From Psilocybe cubensis (lineage: Eukaryota), in assembly GCA_017499595.2 (NCBI GenBank), contig CM039004.1, forward strand, positions 2,790,001-2,854,000: a stretch of 64,000 nucleotides of DNA, read 5' to 3'. This document shows positions 24,193-36,600 of the stretch, piece after piece; the stretch's first letter is position 1; the number at the start of each line of letters is the position of its first letter. Under the pieces are notes generated by a model. That model had not been told where the DNA came from. It searched no databases and worked only from the letters and a program-made list of their open reading frames with translations. The position numbers and the translations under genes were made by a program.

Positions 24193-26105
24193 GCTCTCTG
24201 GGTGAGTATCATCGACCTATCAGCCTCTGGAAGTTTAACTAGAATGAGTATGCCTCTGGTCAATAGTAACGCATGTCCTGCACACGTCACTTTGCAAAGA
24301 TAAGATAACTGGCTCTTGTGGCAAAAGTTGCAGACTACGAAATATTGAAAATATTTCCGGGAAGCTAAATGTAAGCTGTTTCTGTAACGAGCTGAATGAG
24401 TTCAAGTAAACCGTTGTTCACAGAATACTTGGGGTGCCTTGGGCTTGCCCAGGCTCCTTCAGTTTGGATCTCCAACGTGATCGGCGTGATCGGTCATGTG
24501 ATGGAAACACGTCCAACGCGACTGGGTCGAGAGACAGACACACCGAAGCATTATCCGGTGAGGATGCAATGCACGTTGAGGTTTAGACCCGATGGTCCCC
24601 ATTTGAAGATCCAAATCTTTCAGCAAAGTCTGAAATTGAAGGAGAGCTGGGTAAGACCAGAGCATCTGGTTAGTAACAGAGTGATTGAGGCGAGGCTGAG
24701 CCCAATCCAACCTGCTATACCAGGTGCTGAAGAAAAGGGAGCGGTGGGTGGGTCAAAAAACAAAAGAGCTAAAGCGCGGCCTGCGATTGAATCAGAGAAT
24801 CACGCAAAGATAACCAGAGATCTTTGATGATATCTTACTGGATACAGTCAACTTGTTTGTGCATCTTATAATCTAAAGCCTATAGTTGACTGTACAGTAC
24901 CAGACTCCTGATTTCAATCGCTAATCGTTATCTTATCCTTTTATGTGTCCTGCTACGCTTGTCACATTTGGGATTAAATTAGATTCGCACAATCCGATCG
25001 TTGTCCAATCACCCATGCACCATGCCAATTGCTCATTGACAACCTACTCAGAAGCATTAAAGCACCAATGCGAAAGTACATAGTTTCCGTTTAGATTAAA
25101 TTTTGTCTTGGGACAGAGTATACTGGCCAAGTCTTGAAGTTTGGTCACTACAACGTCGGCAAGAAGCACCCGACATCGGCAAGGAGGCAATGATCATTGG
25201 TAGTGATAAAGTGCAAAGACAGATATCGATTTGAGTATAAGAATAACCAGGCATGTTGAGATATGATCAGGGAAGATATGTCAACATACCAGTCAAAGGG
25301 TTCTTGGTTATGTTAGTTTGAAGTTGATTCGGAGCAACAAGTGAGTTAAATCGGAGCTTTATCAATAGTGTGAAATATCTTCGGCGGCTCTCGGCAAATA
25401 GCTGCTGGTTCTGTTCTTTGGCGGCGCAGACTTTGACCGTTTCAAATAGATTCATAGGATGATTTCTCCAGCGTTAACCGTTCCTAACTTTACATTTGAG
25501 CGGGAGCTATTACGTCTGCTCCTTTCATAAAAATTGTCAGATCGGTGCGGCGGGCTTGAAGATTGGAAGACGGCTTTCCTGGACTCAAACCTATTTCTGT
25601 GTGTGAATGAACTTCGAGCTGGAATGCATTGAACCGCTGAAGCGACCCTGACAATCCTCGGCTAACTGGATTGAACTTATCCGATAACAGATAACTTTTC
25701 CCTAGACGAAGTGGTGAGATTAAGACTGATTAAGAGCTTTAGCCTTCGTGGACTCCAAATGCCCACGCCATTTAAGCAATTTGAATATGCAGGCGTCCAG
25801 TAAGGCCCAGACTTCGAGTTTCATCCTTGTGCTCACCGACAATGTCAACCGAGGTCAACCGACGCGGGACGCGATCATGGGCCATACCGCCAATTCCGAC
25901 ATTGTCGAGATTCAACGAAATCCAGGTTGTCCCAGACTACCCAGTGTTTCGTGTGTTCAATCAATCGGACGGCAGACATATAAAATACACGTTACCACCG
26001 GCGAAGCGGTTATGACAATTTCCACCCGGAGGGCTGAGGGATTTAACGCAGCTTGAGACCTGACCACCACCAACACCCACCGACATCGACACCGACTTAG
26101 AGACA

Positions 26106-27173
26106 ATGTCAACAAAGCCCACAGTACCGATGCGCCAACAAGTAGAGGAGTATATCAACGGTCTTCAGGAGCAGATTGTACTCGCGTTAGAGGAACTAGA
26201 CCCCACTGCACCGGCATTCAAGCGGGACTCATGGGTACGAGCCCAGGGAGGCTCCGGGCGATCCTGCGTCTTTGCATCGCCCGTCGACGAGGATGCTTCG
26301 TCATCGCGCCCACCTACAGTACTCGAAAAGGCCGGAGTGAACATCTCCATCGTCCACGGTGTACTCCCTCCACCCGCCATCAAGCAGATGCGCGCAGATC
26401 ATATGTCGATGCCTCTCCCAGACAGACCGGAAGGTCTTCCATTTTTCGCTGCAGGTATCAGTCTTGTCATTCACCCACGGAACCCACACGCACCTACCGT
26501 CCACGCCAACTACCGCTATTTCGAGATTACAGAGCCCAAGCCTGTTGAATCCGACCCAGCCGAATCCTCAGACCCGCAGGTGCTCGCGTGGTGGTTTGGA
26601 GGAGGATCAGATCTGACGCCCTCATATCTGTACGAAGAAGATGCGGTCCACTTCCATTTGACGATACAGGCTGCCTGCGACAAGCACGGTCCACAGCTGT
26701 ACCCGACGTTCAAGAAATGGTGCGACGAGTACTTCTTCATCCCCCATCGCGGCGAATCTCGCGGGATCGGAGGGCTATTCTTCGACGATCTCAATGAAGG
26801 CCCGCATTTGCGCCTCCCGAATTCAGAAGCCAAGCGTCCAGTGACACCTGTCGAGATCTTTGCCTTCGTCAAAGAACTCGGGAACGCGTTCGTCCCTTCT
26901 TATGTCCCCATTCTCAAAACCCGCAGCGTTACGCCGTACACACCACATCAACGTCGCTGGCAGCTTATTAGGCGTGGGCGATATGTTGAATTCAATTTGG
27001 TCTACGATAGAGGCACCAAGTTTGGTCTGATGACACCTGGAGCCAGAATAGAGAGTATCCTCATGAGTCTGCCCGAAACAGCGCGATGGGAATACATGTC
27101 AGAATTGGGAGAGGAGGGCACAGAGGAGGGGAAACTAATGGCAGTTCTCAAGGAACCGAAATCATGGGTTTAG
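26106..27173 (+). CDS. HEM13: Oxygen-dependent coproporphyrinogen III oxidase
   Basis: EKAGVNISIVHG, FFAAGISLVIHPRNPHAPTVHANYRYFE, WWFGGGSDLTP, RGIGGLFFDDL, RRGRYVEFNLVYDRGTKFGL; single exon. Confidence 0.97.
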   Translation: MSTKPTVPMRQQVEEYINGLQEQIVLALEELDPTAPAFKRDSWVRAQGGSGRSCVFASPVDEDASSSRPPTVLEKAGVNISIVHGVLPPPAIKQMRADHMSMPLPDRPEGLPFFAAGISLVIHPRNPHAPTVHANYRYFEITEPKPVESDPAESSDPQVLAWWFGGGSDLTPSYLYEEDAVHFHLTIQAACDKHGPQLYPTFKKWCDEYFFIPHRGESRGIGGLFFDDLNEGPHLRLPNSEAKRPVTPVEIFAFVKELGNAFVPSYVPILKTRSVTPYTPHQRRWQLIRRGRYVEFNLVYDRGTKFGLMTPGARIESILMSLPETARWEYMSELGEEGTEEGKLMAVLKEPKSWV

Positions 27174-27246
27174 ATAAATAGAGAAAGTAATACAGGTTTT
27201 GTACAATATTCAGTTTAAAACGACCAGCTCCTACACTGACAAATAC

Positions 27247-28741
27247 TTACGCTATGGCCCCTGGAACTGCCTGGTTGGTAGGTGGAGGCCGGTTTCTATT
27301 GGGATCCATCTCTGGGAATTTATCGCGCCTTCAAATTTGACAGTGAGACTAGGTAGAGGAAAAAAGCTTCGGGGACCTACAAGTGTGTAATAATGCTTTG
27401 ATCTCCACTGTACAAGAAAACATCGTAAAGCAAAGCACCGAGTTGCGCTCCTGCGAATGACCCGATTATAGGTCCCCATATCCAATATTCACTGTTAGCG
27501 GAGAAGAGATTAGACGCATTCAGAGATAGTTGAGACCTCTGGCGGCCAGATTGATACTTACTGTCTTAGCGTGAAGACCTGGCGTCCATACCCAACCATG
27601 GCGGTCGCCATTCTTGGCCCGAGATCGCGAGCAGGATTAAGGGCAAAACCTTAGGGAAAATTAAAACGTCAGTAGTGAGCTCATTTCCCAGGGACGGACT
27701 TAATCACCTGTCTGCATGCCGAAACATGCTGCAATGCCCACAAAAACAATGAAGATACCTACAGCCACCAATCCTGGCGTAAGAGAATTCCTCGGATCCA
27801 ACAAGGACAAGACGCCAAATAGCAGCAACGCTGTGCCGATAAACTCGTCAAAGAAACAGCCTATGTTTGTCATATAATCGAGCTATAAAAACTGTTGTCA
27901 AAGCCAATGCGAAGAGGAGAAAAATGAAGACTCACTGGGATAGTTCCGAAATACCCTGCTGTTGATAAAGTTCTAATATGGTTCCCTCCCTCTTGGATGC
28001 TTATAGCAGTCTTATAATTTCCATAAACGATCAATGCACCACACAAAGCTCCCATTAGCTGGCAGAAAAAGTAACCGGGAACTTTTCGCCATGGAAAACC
28101 ACGCCATACGGCCATCGCGAGGGTGACCTTGCCCAGGTTCATAGTCAGAGAAAAACCATCAACATCTCAACAACGACTTACTGCAGGATTAATATGTCCC
28201 CCAGAAAGCAAGATACCTAAAGCGATGCCTGTTCCCCATCCCAAGCTGACTGATGCCCAAGTCTAACCAAACACGAACGTTAAGCGAATGGACCTCGACG
28301 CCTTGACGGAAGAGTGCTCACCCCGGCAGGTGTCGAAGCAATCTCAGACAAATGGCTCAAATTGTACTGGCAGTTAGCACCAGTCCCAAACATAACCAGC
28401 ATCATCGTCCCAAAGAACTCTCCCGCGTACTCGAAAACGAATGAACTATGTGTTTCATATAAGATAAATACGGTTGAGAACCACCAGAAAGGATTGAAAA
28501 GGGCTAACCGAGCACGCCAGAGACGTCCAGTATGGTATGGATGGTCGTCTGTAGGCCCATCGCGTTCGTGTTCTTTTGGTTTCATCAAATGTCTCACCTG
28601 AATGAGATGCGTCGACGGCCCTCGCGAAATTGGAGGTGGAGGAGGAGGAGGAGCATTATATGCATGCTCGTTATATTCCCAAATTTCGTCAAGCTTGGAA
28701 GAGTCAATCTTGGGTGGGCTGGAGGACGTAGACGCAGACAT
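27247..28741 (-). CDS. Aquaglyceroporin (MIP family), multi-exon
   Basis: [72 protein letters not shown]; both NPA boxes present. The last exon is inferred (alternative stop at 27377). Confidence 0.9.
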
Positions 28742-29728
28742 GTCCTTGCAGTCTTGATTAGTCGAAGAACTGTACGGCACCTTACTGGTAGATGAATGGT
28801 TCCCTGTGAGGGATTGTGGGTGTGACGTCTGAGAAGATTATCGACATTCGAAACACTTTATAACTTTAAGAATACAGGCCCCCAACCTGGCGCGTGCATA
28901 AAGAATCCGTGTCGAACCGTGATCTAATTGAGGAGCTTGGACGAGTATAGATGAGACATGTGGGTCATTTCAACTTGTATCTGCACCAAAGTGACGACGG
29001 GTTGTCCTAAGTATGCTTCCGCGATCACCTTTGCTATATTTCCCAATTGAAAAGAATACAGAAGCGCCCAGAAGCACCACTGTCAACGAGTATCCAGGTT
29101 AGCTTTTCATTATAGATTTTCCGATTCTGTGCGGTAACGATATGAAGGCATCGAGGGTGACAACTTGAAGCGGCCGGCTCTGTCCAAGGTCATTCATATC
29201 GTGGCAAGGGGAACTCGGCCTCCTAAGGCCTTCGATCTGCCCTTGATTCGCTTTCGATTGGCCGGTCGGATTGGATTTCAGCCAGTTCAACCAAAGGGCG
29301 ATATGATGAGAGATCCAACATAAAACAATCGAAATTTGACTAGAAGGGAAATCTCGAAGCAAAGCGCTTGGTTACAGATGGAATCAGGTTCAAATGGGTG
29401 TTTACTAGTTACTAATTAGAGAAAGAAATTCAAAAGCAAACAACGCGACTGTCAACTCGAGGCATCAACAACGTGACGGTGAATCTTAGCCTGTGAACAT
29501 TTCCATTTTTGGTACGAGGCCAAGCCACCATTTGACCAATATTTGACACTTGTTTATTTCCTACATGAATTTGGAGGCTAGATCGCTGCATGAAGAACAC
29601 TTGTGAACTTGTGTTGAACCAAACAGTTTGGAAAGGGATAAATTATTTACTCGAAGAAAAAGTAAAGAGACGCGGTCACAGTTAGGTCTAGACTCGAAGC
29701 CTTAAGCTTAGGCCTTAGGCCTTAGGCG

Positions 29729-31468
29729 CTAGGCCTTGATTTTGACTCGGATTCTATCGCAATGTCGATAGCAGTCATCACATTGCAACAGCTCTGGCTG
29801 GCCAGTCCCGCATTCGTATTCGACTCTATTTGGATGACCCTTCCAAACGATTTTCATTCCCACAAATTCTTCCAAGCAAGGATCCAGGCTACGCATCAAA
29901 GGATAACCTTTGTCGTTGACCGTTTTGACCGTGCCTATGGTAATGATTTGGATGGGTATGCCTATGCTTCTTCGTAGCTTGAGGAATATCTCAATAGATC
30001 CAGATGCAGGCCCAGGATGATATTCACAATTACATGGGGATCTTTCCCAGTCGAATTGATGTATAATGAGACCGCGCAGCATTGGAAAAAGTGGACTCTC
30101 AGACTCGGAGTGCGTGAATACATTCTGCATCAGGATGTAAATATCTCCTTCACTGAGTTTAAGGGTTTCGAGCGAGGGGAAGTATGACAAAAATTGCTTA
30201 AATGCATAATGGAATGAGAGGGGACGATGATTGAAGCCGAGGCAGCTGATCTCCAAAGTGGTAACTTCAGAAAAATATGGAAAGGATAATAAATCTATAA
30301 CGCCATCCAGACCGTGCCTGCAAGTAGGCAACAAATTGTGTCCATCCATGCGAATCTGTAAAGCAAAAAAGCTTGTATGCTCATCAAATTCGTCATGATA
30401 CCACTTCTCATTGCTGCAGATTTTGAACCGTGTAGTATGCCTCGGGTTATCGTCTCGGATTGTAAGCTCTTCTGGCATGACGCACAGATAAATGAACTTG
30501 GGTGGCGTATTAGTGAGCCGACTCCGAATTTTGGAGCCAAGGTACTCCTCATAGCACTCCCGACCATGTATCACGGGCCCACACAGACATACTCTGGTCG
30601 CAGGGGGTATAATGAGGTCTCGTGGATATGTTGGACATTCAGAGAGGAATAATGTATGTAGTCGGGGCAGATGTATCGGAGGGGGGCGATAGTCAAGAAG
30701 CAATTGATGGGGTCCTAGCGTGAGAGAGCTTAAATATGGCATCTGACCCAGAACTTTGCATATTTCCCGATTATTGTAATCTCCTTGGAGAGTTAGAGTG
30801 CGTAAGTTGTACATCCAGGCAATATCTAAATTGCAGTGGTTTTTCAATGATCTGAAGTCCTGCAGTCGTGGTGCGTGATGGTCAAACATTTTGCCTGGGT
30901 ATTTACCATCCCTTGTGTTTAAGGAAGGAAGAGTTAAGGATTGCAGGTTAGGTGCCCTGCGCTGAAACACATTCTGGAAGCGGAATGGGGTGCTACCGCA
31001 TACATAAACCAGTAAGAATTTTTCAATCCTTTCCCAGTTCTCTGTAAGGAGTGTTTGGAAAAACAGATGGGAGGGTGATTCGGGAGGAGGATGGATGGGA
31101 CGTTCAAGTTGCAAGGTGGTGTGTTTGTAAAATACAATTTCAAGGCGAGGTATGTATTCCGGATGTTTGATCCAAAGGAGAGATGTCCCACTTCTTCTAA
31201 ATACCTCGTTCCTCCATTGGTCAGACCGTCGGCGGAGAAAGCGCCAGTCCATGAGTCGTCCCCAGATGGCAGGAGCCCCAAGCAAGGTTGACCTCCAGTA
31301 TTGGCATACTTGTGAGCATATACGTGTAGTACGCAAGGGATTTACATTGTCGTCTTCAGCATTAATCATAAAAATAAGATATAAGATATGATCGGGGACC
31401 TTGCACATTGGTGATGAGGGATTTTGTTCCACTAGGCATGGCTTGCGCGCAATTAAGACTTCAGCCAT
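29729..31468 (-). CDS. Intronless F-box-like / LRR protein, copy 3 (older paralog)
   Basis: KVPDHILYLIF...CSQVCQYWRSTLLGAPAIWGRLMDW; shares ENWERIEK, RRAPNLQSL, HCNLDIAW, CNCEYHPGPASGSIE and MRSLDP...EYECG with copies 1 and 2. Confidence 0.82.
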   Translation of the reverse strand: MAEVLIARKPCLVEQNPSSPMCKVPDHILYLIFMINAEDDNVNPLRTTRICSQVCQYWRSTLLGAPAIWGRLMDWRFLRRRSDQWRNEVFRRSGTSLLWIKHPEYIPRLEIVFYKHTTLQLERPIHPPPESPSHLFFQTLLTENWERIEKFLLVYVCGSTPFRFQNVFQRRAPNLQSLTLPSLNTRDGKYPGKMFDHHAPRLQDFRSLKNHCNLDIAWMYNLRTLTLQGDYNNREICKVLGQMPYLSSLTLGPHQLLLDYRPPPIHLPRLHTLFLSECPTYPRDLIIPPATRVCLCGPVIHGRECYEEYLGSKIRSRLTNTPPKFIYLCVMPEELTIRDDNPRHTTRFKICSNEKWYHDEFDEHTSFFALQIRMDGHNLLPTCRHGLDGVIDLLSFPYFSEVTTLEISCLGFNHRPLSFHYAFKQFLSYFPSLETLKLSEGDIYILMQNVFTHSESESPLFPMLRGLIIHQFDWERSPCNCEYHPGPASGSIEIFLKLRRSIGIPIQIITIGTVKTVNDKGYPLMRSLDPCLEEFVGMKIVWKGHPNRVEYECGTGQPELLQCDDCYRHCDRIRVKIKA

Positions 31469-32074
31469 ATTATAATTAACGTTATAGCGTTGGAAACAGA
31501 GCGTTTCTGTAGTACACAAGCCTCAGAAGTCGTTTAGGAAGATGGTTGTTGTCAAGTAGATGTTATGGGATCGGATTGAAAGGTAGCAGTTTCCCACGAC
31601 AGCTTTTCCCATGACTCGTGAAACCTTGAGAGCTCAGGTGAGTCCGTAAGATTCAATCCAAAATTATATGTTCAAATTTTCAAGACAAGGATATATCGTA
31701 TAGAATATTTACAGATGTCTGAGGCTGCGAAAATCCAAGTTCCTTTGTGGTCATTGACGGGTCATGGTGCATGCTATGTAACCCAAGCCTGTCAAATCAG
31801 GCAATACCATTGGTACTTTTCGCGGTGCCCCAGAAGTCTGGTTTTGTGGCTTGATCACGGCTACAAATGGCTGATTAGGGACTTCATAGTAAGAAAGGCA
31901 AAAATGTAGGACACAGACAAATATTTAATGACACTCTGATTTTCAAATCGGTCCCCACTGTACAGGAAGATATCGTAAAGCATTGTACGGAATTAGGCGC
32001 CGGTGAAAGGTGCGATGACAGGAGTCCAGATCCAATATTGACTTTTCATGAAATCAGCACGCTCTTATGCATAA

Positions 32075-32972
32075 CAGAATAACGGGCAAATAAAAAAATA
32101 AGTGCACGCAAGTGCATGCAAGTGCATGCAAGTGCCACGGCTTGCGCTCGTGCATATTTTCCAGAAAAATATCTATCAGTAATTATGTTTCCTGTTCATT
32201 TTTGACATATTTGCCTGGAATATAGACTTCGGGGTTGCCTAATCAGGGAACCCCGAAGTCTATATACCTCAAAAATACGTCGAAAACAAACAGGAAACAT
32301 AACTGCCAATACATATTTTGCTGGCAAATATGTATGAGCGCCAGCGGTGTGCAATGCAAGTGCAACTCTGCACTTGCATCGCGCGTGACAGTGTGTGAAT
32401 ATGTCACAATTATTTCCTCGGGACAAAGGTGCCGGTGCATGCCGAGTGAGGAGAACATGCCATGTTTTGCTCGTACAACTGAGGTCTGAGGCAAATAAAC
32501 AATTTTGGCTTCTAGCATGAGTTTTGAATACTACCTCTGTTAGACTATTTATTCTAAAATTTGCTTCAGACAGTTTGTGCGCCATTTTCTGGCACATTTC
32601 ACTGCCAGGGATGTGTTGTCACGGACTTGTGATCTGTCGTCACAAGAACCAATGAACTCGTTGTAAATACACCTTCTGCCTTGGAGTATGGGAAAATAAA
32701 ACATAAAACTTATATATTTCGGTCTGTGTGGTATACCCATTCTCCCGAATAGTGTTTTTTACTCTCTCTGGGCACCTTGGGGCAAAATAAATCAAAAATA
32801 AGTTTGAATATTCTCTCTACAATGATGAGGTACTACATCAAGCAAAACAATGTCTGCCTGCTAAAACTTCCGCTATTCGGATTAAGAAATCGGGTAACAT
32901 TAAAAATTATGATTATAGCTGGGGATTCTGCTGGCAATTATACAATAATTGACTCGTCTCCGATAACCTTCT
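32075..32972. mobile_element. ~0.9 kb non-coding insertion in an aquaporin-pseudogene intron, with a long internal hairpin (putative non-autonomous element)
   Basis: The equivalent intron in the intact paralog is ~70 nt; here it is ~950 nt and contains an imperfect palindrome at ~32100-32380. Boundaries are approximate. Confidence 0.55.
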
Positions 32973-33373
32973 AATTTATGTCAGATTTTAACTGACTGTC
33001 GGAATGTGTATACTTGCGACCCGTAGCCAACCACAGACACCAAAATTCTTGGCCCGAGATCTCGAGCAGGATTCAAGGCAAAGCCTAAAATGGAGAGTTC
33101 ATCGTCAAATATAATGAAACGACATAATTGAGTAATAGTGAGATACCTGTTTTCATCCCGAAGCAAGCTGAACTTCCTACAAAAACAATGAAGATTCCGA
33201 CACAAACAAGTCCTGGTGTCAATTGGTTGCGTCAATCCAACAATGAGAGTACACCAAGTATCAGCAGAGTCGTGCCTATGAGTTCGTCAAAAAAACACCC
33301 TAGATCCGTCATATAATCGAGCTATGAATCTAGGTTGAAAATGTATTCTACCAAATGATAATAAACAAGGAAA

Positions 33374-33660
33374 TAATGAAAAGATAATCTCAGTACGATA
33401 GATACGAACTGTGTATTTCTGGTAGATACCTAATGAAAAGATAATCTACACAAAGAGTAAGCAATGAACCAAATGTAAGTAAGATAGCTGGCACACACCT
33501 CAGTAAAATAGATACGAACTGAGGTGGTGCCATTTCGTCAAAAGGAATATAAGTGAAATGGCTTGAATGTAACAAGTAACTAAATATGAATGTAACGAAA
33601 AATGGTCCATAGTCCAGACCGCCGTCACGAGGACGCGCCGGTCAGTTTGCTATTCCAACA
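33374..33660 (-). repeat. 3' LTR of the Copia element
   Basis: Identical to 38336-38622 except 3 substitutions by my alignment; minus-strand ends TGTTGG...CATTA. Confidence 0.95.
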
Positions 33661-33667
33661 CTCCCCC

Positions 33668-36600
33668 TCAAACTGCGGCGCGTAAACCCATCGCGTTTGC
33701 AAAGTGCTTTGCTTTCGCGCTCGGAAGAGCCTTTGTGAGAGTGTCAGCGGTTTGATCGTCCGTGGGGCAGTAAATAAGTTTAATGGAGCCGGAGTCAATG
33801 ATGTAACGAATAAAATGGTAACGAATGTCGATATGCTTTGTGCGTGCGTGATATTGTCCTCCGTGAGCGAGAGCGATGGCCGATTGATTGTTGCCGTAGA
33901 GTGTGGTGGGGTGTACTATCTTGATATCGAGTGCGCTAAAAATATCGTTGACGAGGCTGCGTAACCACATGGCTTCCTTTGAGGCGTGGGTAGCGGCCAC
34001 GTATTCGGCCTCGGCTGTCGACAGGGTGACCAACTCCTGCTTTTTCGACGACCACGACACAGCTCCTCCATCCACCACGAACACGTACCCTGAAATCGCC
34101 CTCCTGTGGTCTTGCGACGCCCCATCTGCGTCTACAAAACCCACCATGTCCCTCTTCTCACCGCCATACGTCAACGCCAAGTCTCGGGTGCCCTTGAGGT
34201 ACCGAAAAATCTTCTTCACCGCCTCCCAGTGAATCCACGCCGGATTGTCGACGAATTGCGCCATGGTGTTCGTTGCGAACGTGATGTCGGGTCGCGTTCC
34301 CATTGACGCGTACATGAGCGAGCCCACTGCTTCACGATAAGGTACGTTTTTCATCCGTGCGATGTCTGCGAGAGCGGTCGGACATTGTGACCTGGCAAGT
34401 GGCTGATACAGGTCCATGGGAATTGCACTCGGTTTCAGGTCGTCGAAGTTGAAGTGCGTCAAGATGGTGTCAATATACGCGTCCTGGGAGATGGAGACGG
34501 TTTTATTGGCGGTGTCGCGAGTGATTTTGAAGCCAAGGAGCCATTTGCATTCACCAAGGTCCGTAATCTTGTATTTCTTGTTGATTTCGACCTTAAACTG
34601 CGCAATTAGTGGCGTTGAACTCCCCGTTACCAGGCAATTGTCGACGTGTACCCCCACGATGACGATTTCGCTGTCCACCACCTTCACAAACACACCCGGA
34701 TCCGCCTCCAACACCCTAAACCCCAACTCCCCCATCGCCTTTTTCAGCGCCTTGTACCAATTCCTCGCACCCTGCTTCAACCCGTAGAGTGCCTTGTGAA
34801 GGCGATACACGTAGCGACGTGAGTCCGTTGCAAATCCGCGTGGCTGCTCGAGGTAAATGACCTCGTCTTCATCCAGGTTCGAGTTCAGGAACGCACTATC
34901 AAAGTCGATGCTTTCGAGTGGCCATCCGTTGCGGTTAGCGAGTGCGATCAGGTATCGGAAGGTGGGCAGGCGTGCAACGGGTGCGAAGGTCTCGGTGTAG
35001 TCCACGCTATGGATTTGGGTAAATCCGCGTGCGACAAGACGAGCCTTGTACTTGTCAATCTCGCCTGCGGCATTCTTCTTGATGCGTAGGACCCATTTGC
35101 TGCCGATGACGTTAGCGTTTGGTGGGCGTTCAACCATCTTCCATGTCCCGTTTGCCTCGAGTGATGCAAGCTCGGCTTTGATCGCGGCCTCCCATTTCGG
35201 CCAGTCAGATCGCCTTCTTGCTTCATCGTACGTCGGGTTCAACCCCTCGGCTGCATCCATTGCAGTCGCCATTGCAAAATCCATTGCCTCAACAATGTCC
35301 CATGCGTCCGCCAACAACCCTTCATTACCCACACCCTCAACACCAGCCTCGCCTTCCTTATTCTTCTCAGAAACCTCTGGGACAACCTGGAGACCGCGCG
35401 GGAACTGGCTTGCTGCAGGTAAGTTGCTAGCTTTTGCAACTCCCTGCCGAATGTCTCTGACGTACGTGCTCTCCTTTCGCAGCCGTGTACTTCGACGTAG
35501 CTCGGGTTCTGCTGTAGCGGGAGTGTCGGTGTCGGGTTTGGGGATATTTGGGGACACGTGGCACTTGGAATCGTCCTCGTGCTCACTGTCTGACTCCCCC
35601 TCAAGCGGTGCGTGTTCCAATACAATCTTGTCCGAGATAAATCTGATGCTTCGTTCAACTATCACAGATCTTTTCTCTGCGTAGTACACACGGTGCCCGT
35701 GACTTTCCTCGTCGAACCCAACCCACTTCCCTGGCTTTGCTCGGCCATCAAGCTTCGAACCACTGGTATCGTGCACCCACACATCACAGCCCCATGGAGG
35801 AATGTTGGAGATATCCGGCTTCTCGCCTGTCAAGACCTCATACGGAGTTGACTCGCCAAGCGCCTTTGTTGAAGTGCGATTCTTCAAATAAACCGCATGG
35901 TGCAAGGCCTTACCCCACAAGAATTTCGGTAGGCCGCTATCGTGTCGCATGGCACGCACTTTGTCAAGGAGGGTACGATTGAGGCATTCCGCAACGCCGT
36001 TGTATTCGGGGGTGTCGTGTACGGTGAGTCTTCAAGTGGTGCCGGCTGCCTTAAGATGGGCTGAGAATTCATTACTCAGATATTCTCCTCCTCGATCACT
36101 GTGCAGCTTCTTGATGGGGGCGTCAAACTGGGTCTTCAGCCAAGCCTCGAACTCACAGTAGTGCTCAAAGACTTCATCCTTGGTGCGCATCAGGTAAATC
36201 TTCGTGTACCGAGTGTAGTCATCTGTGAAGCTGACAAAGTAAGACTTATGGCTAATAGTCTCCACAGGCGCATCACCCCACACATCCGAATGTATTTCCT
36301 GGCCAAGTTCCGTGGCCTGCTCCTCCACCCGCTCTCTTGCTATCGGCTTGCGATGGGCCTTTCCCCACTCGCACAATGGGCAAAACAACGGCTTGCTGTC
36401 CTCGTCAAGCTCGACTCCAGTCACCAGGCCCTTCTCGACGAGCTTCCGCACTGCGTCATGGCTGATGTGCCCCATCCGGCGGTGCAATTCATCGATGGTC
36501 AACACCTCGACAACGCGCCCAGCGTATCCTGCCACCTCTGGACGTGCCGTGAACACACGGTAAAGTCCGTTCTGCACCTCAATCTTCCCCAGCATCTCAC

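Noticed and set aside
24843-24894. 11-bp inverted repeat tacagtcaact / agttgactgta
   Set aside because: Isolated short hairpin with no further element structure.
26106-27173. Intronless HEM13 as a possible retrocopy or horizontal transfer
   Set aside because: The protein looks like an ordinary intact fungal enzyme; no poly-A tail or TSD seen.
33390-33575. Duplicated 61-aa hydrophobic ORF (also 38352-38537)
   Set aside because: It is simply the LTR sequence read twice, not a peptide gene pair.
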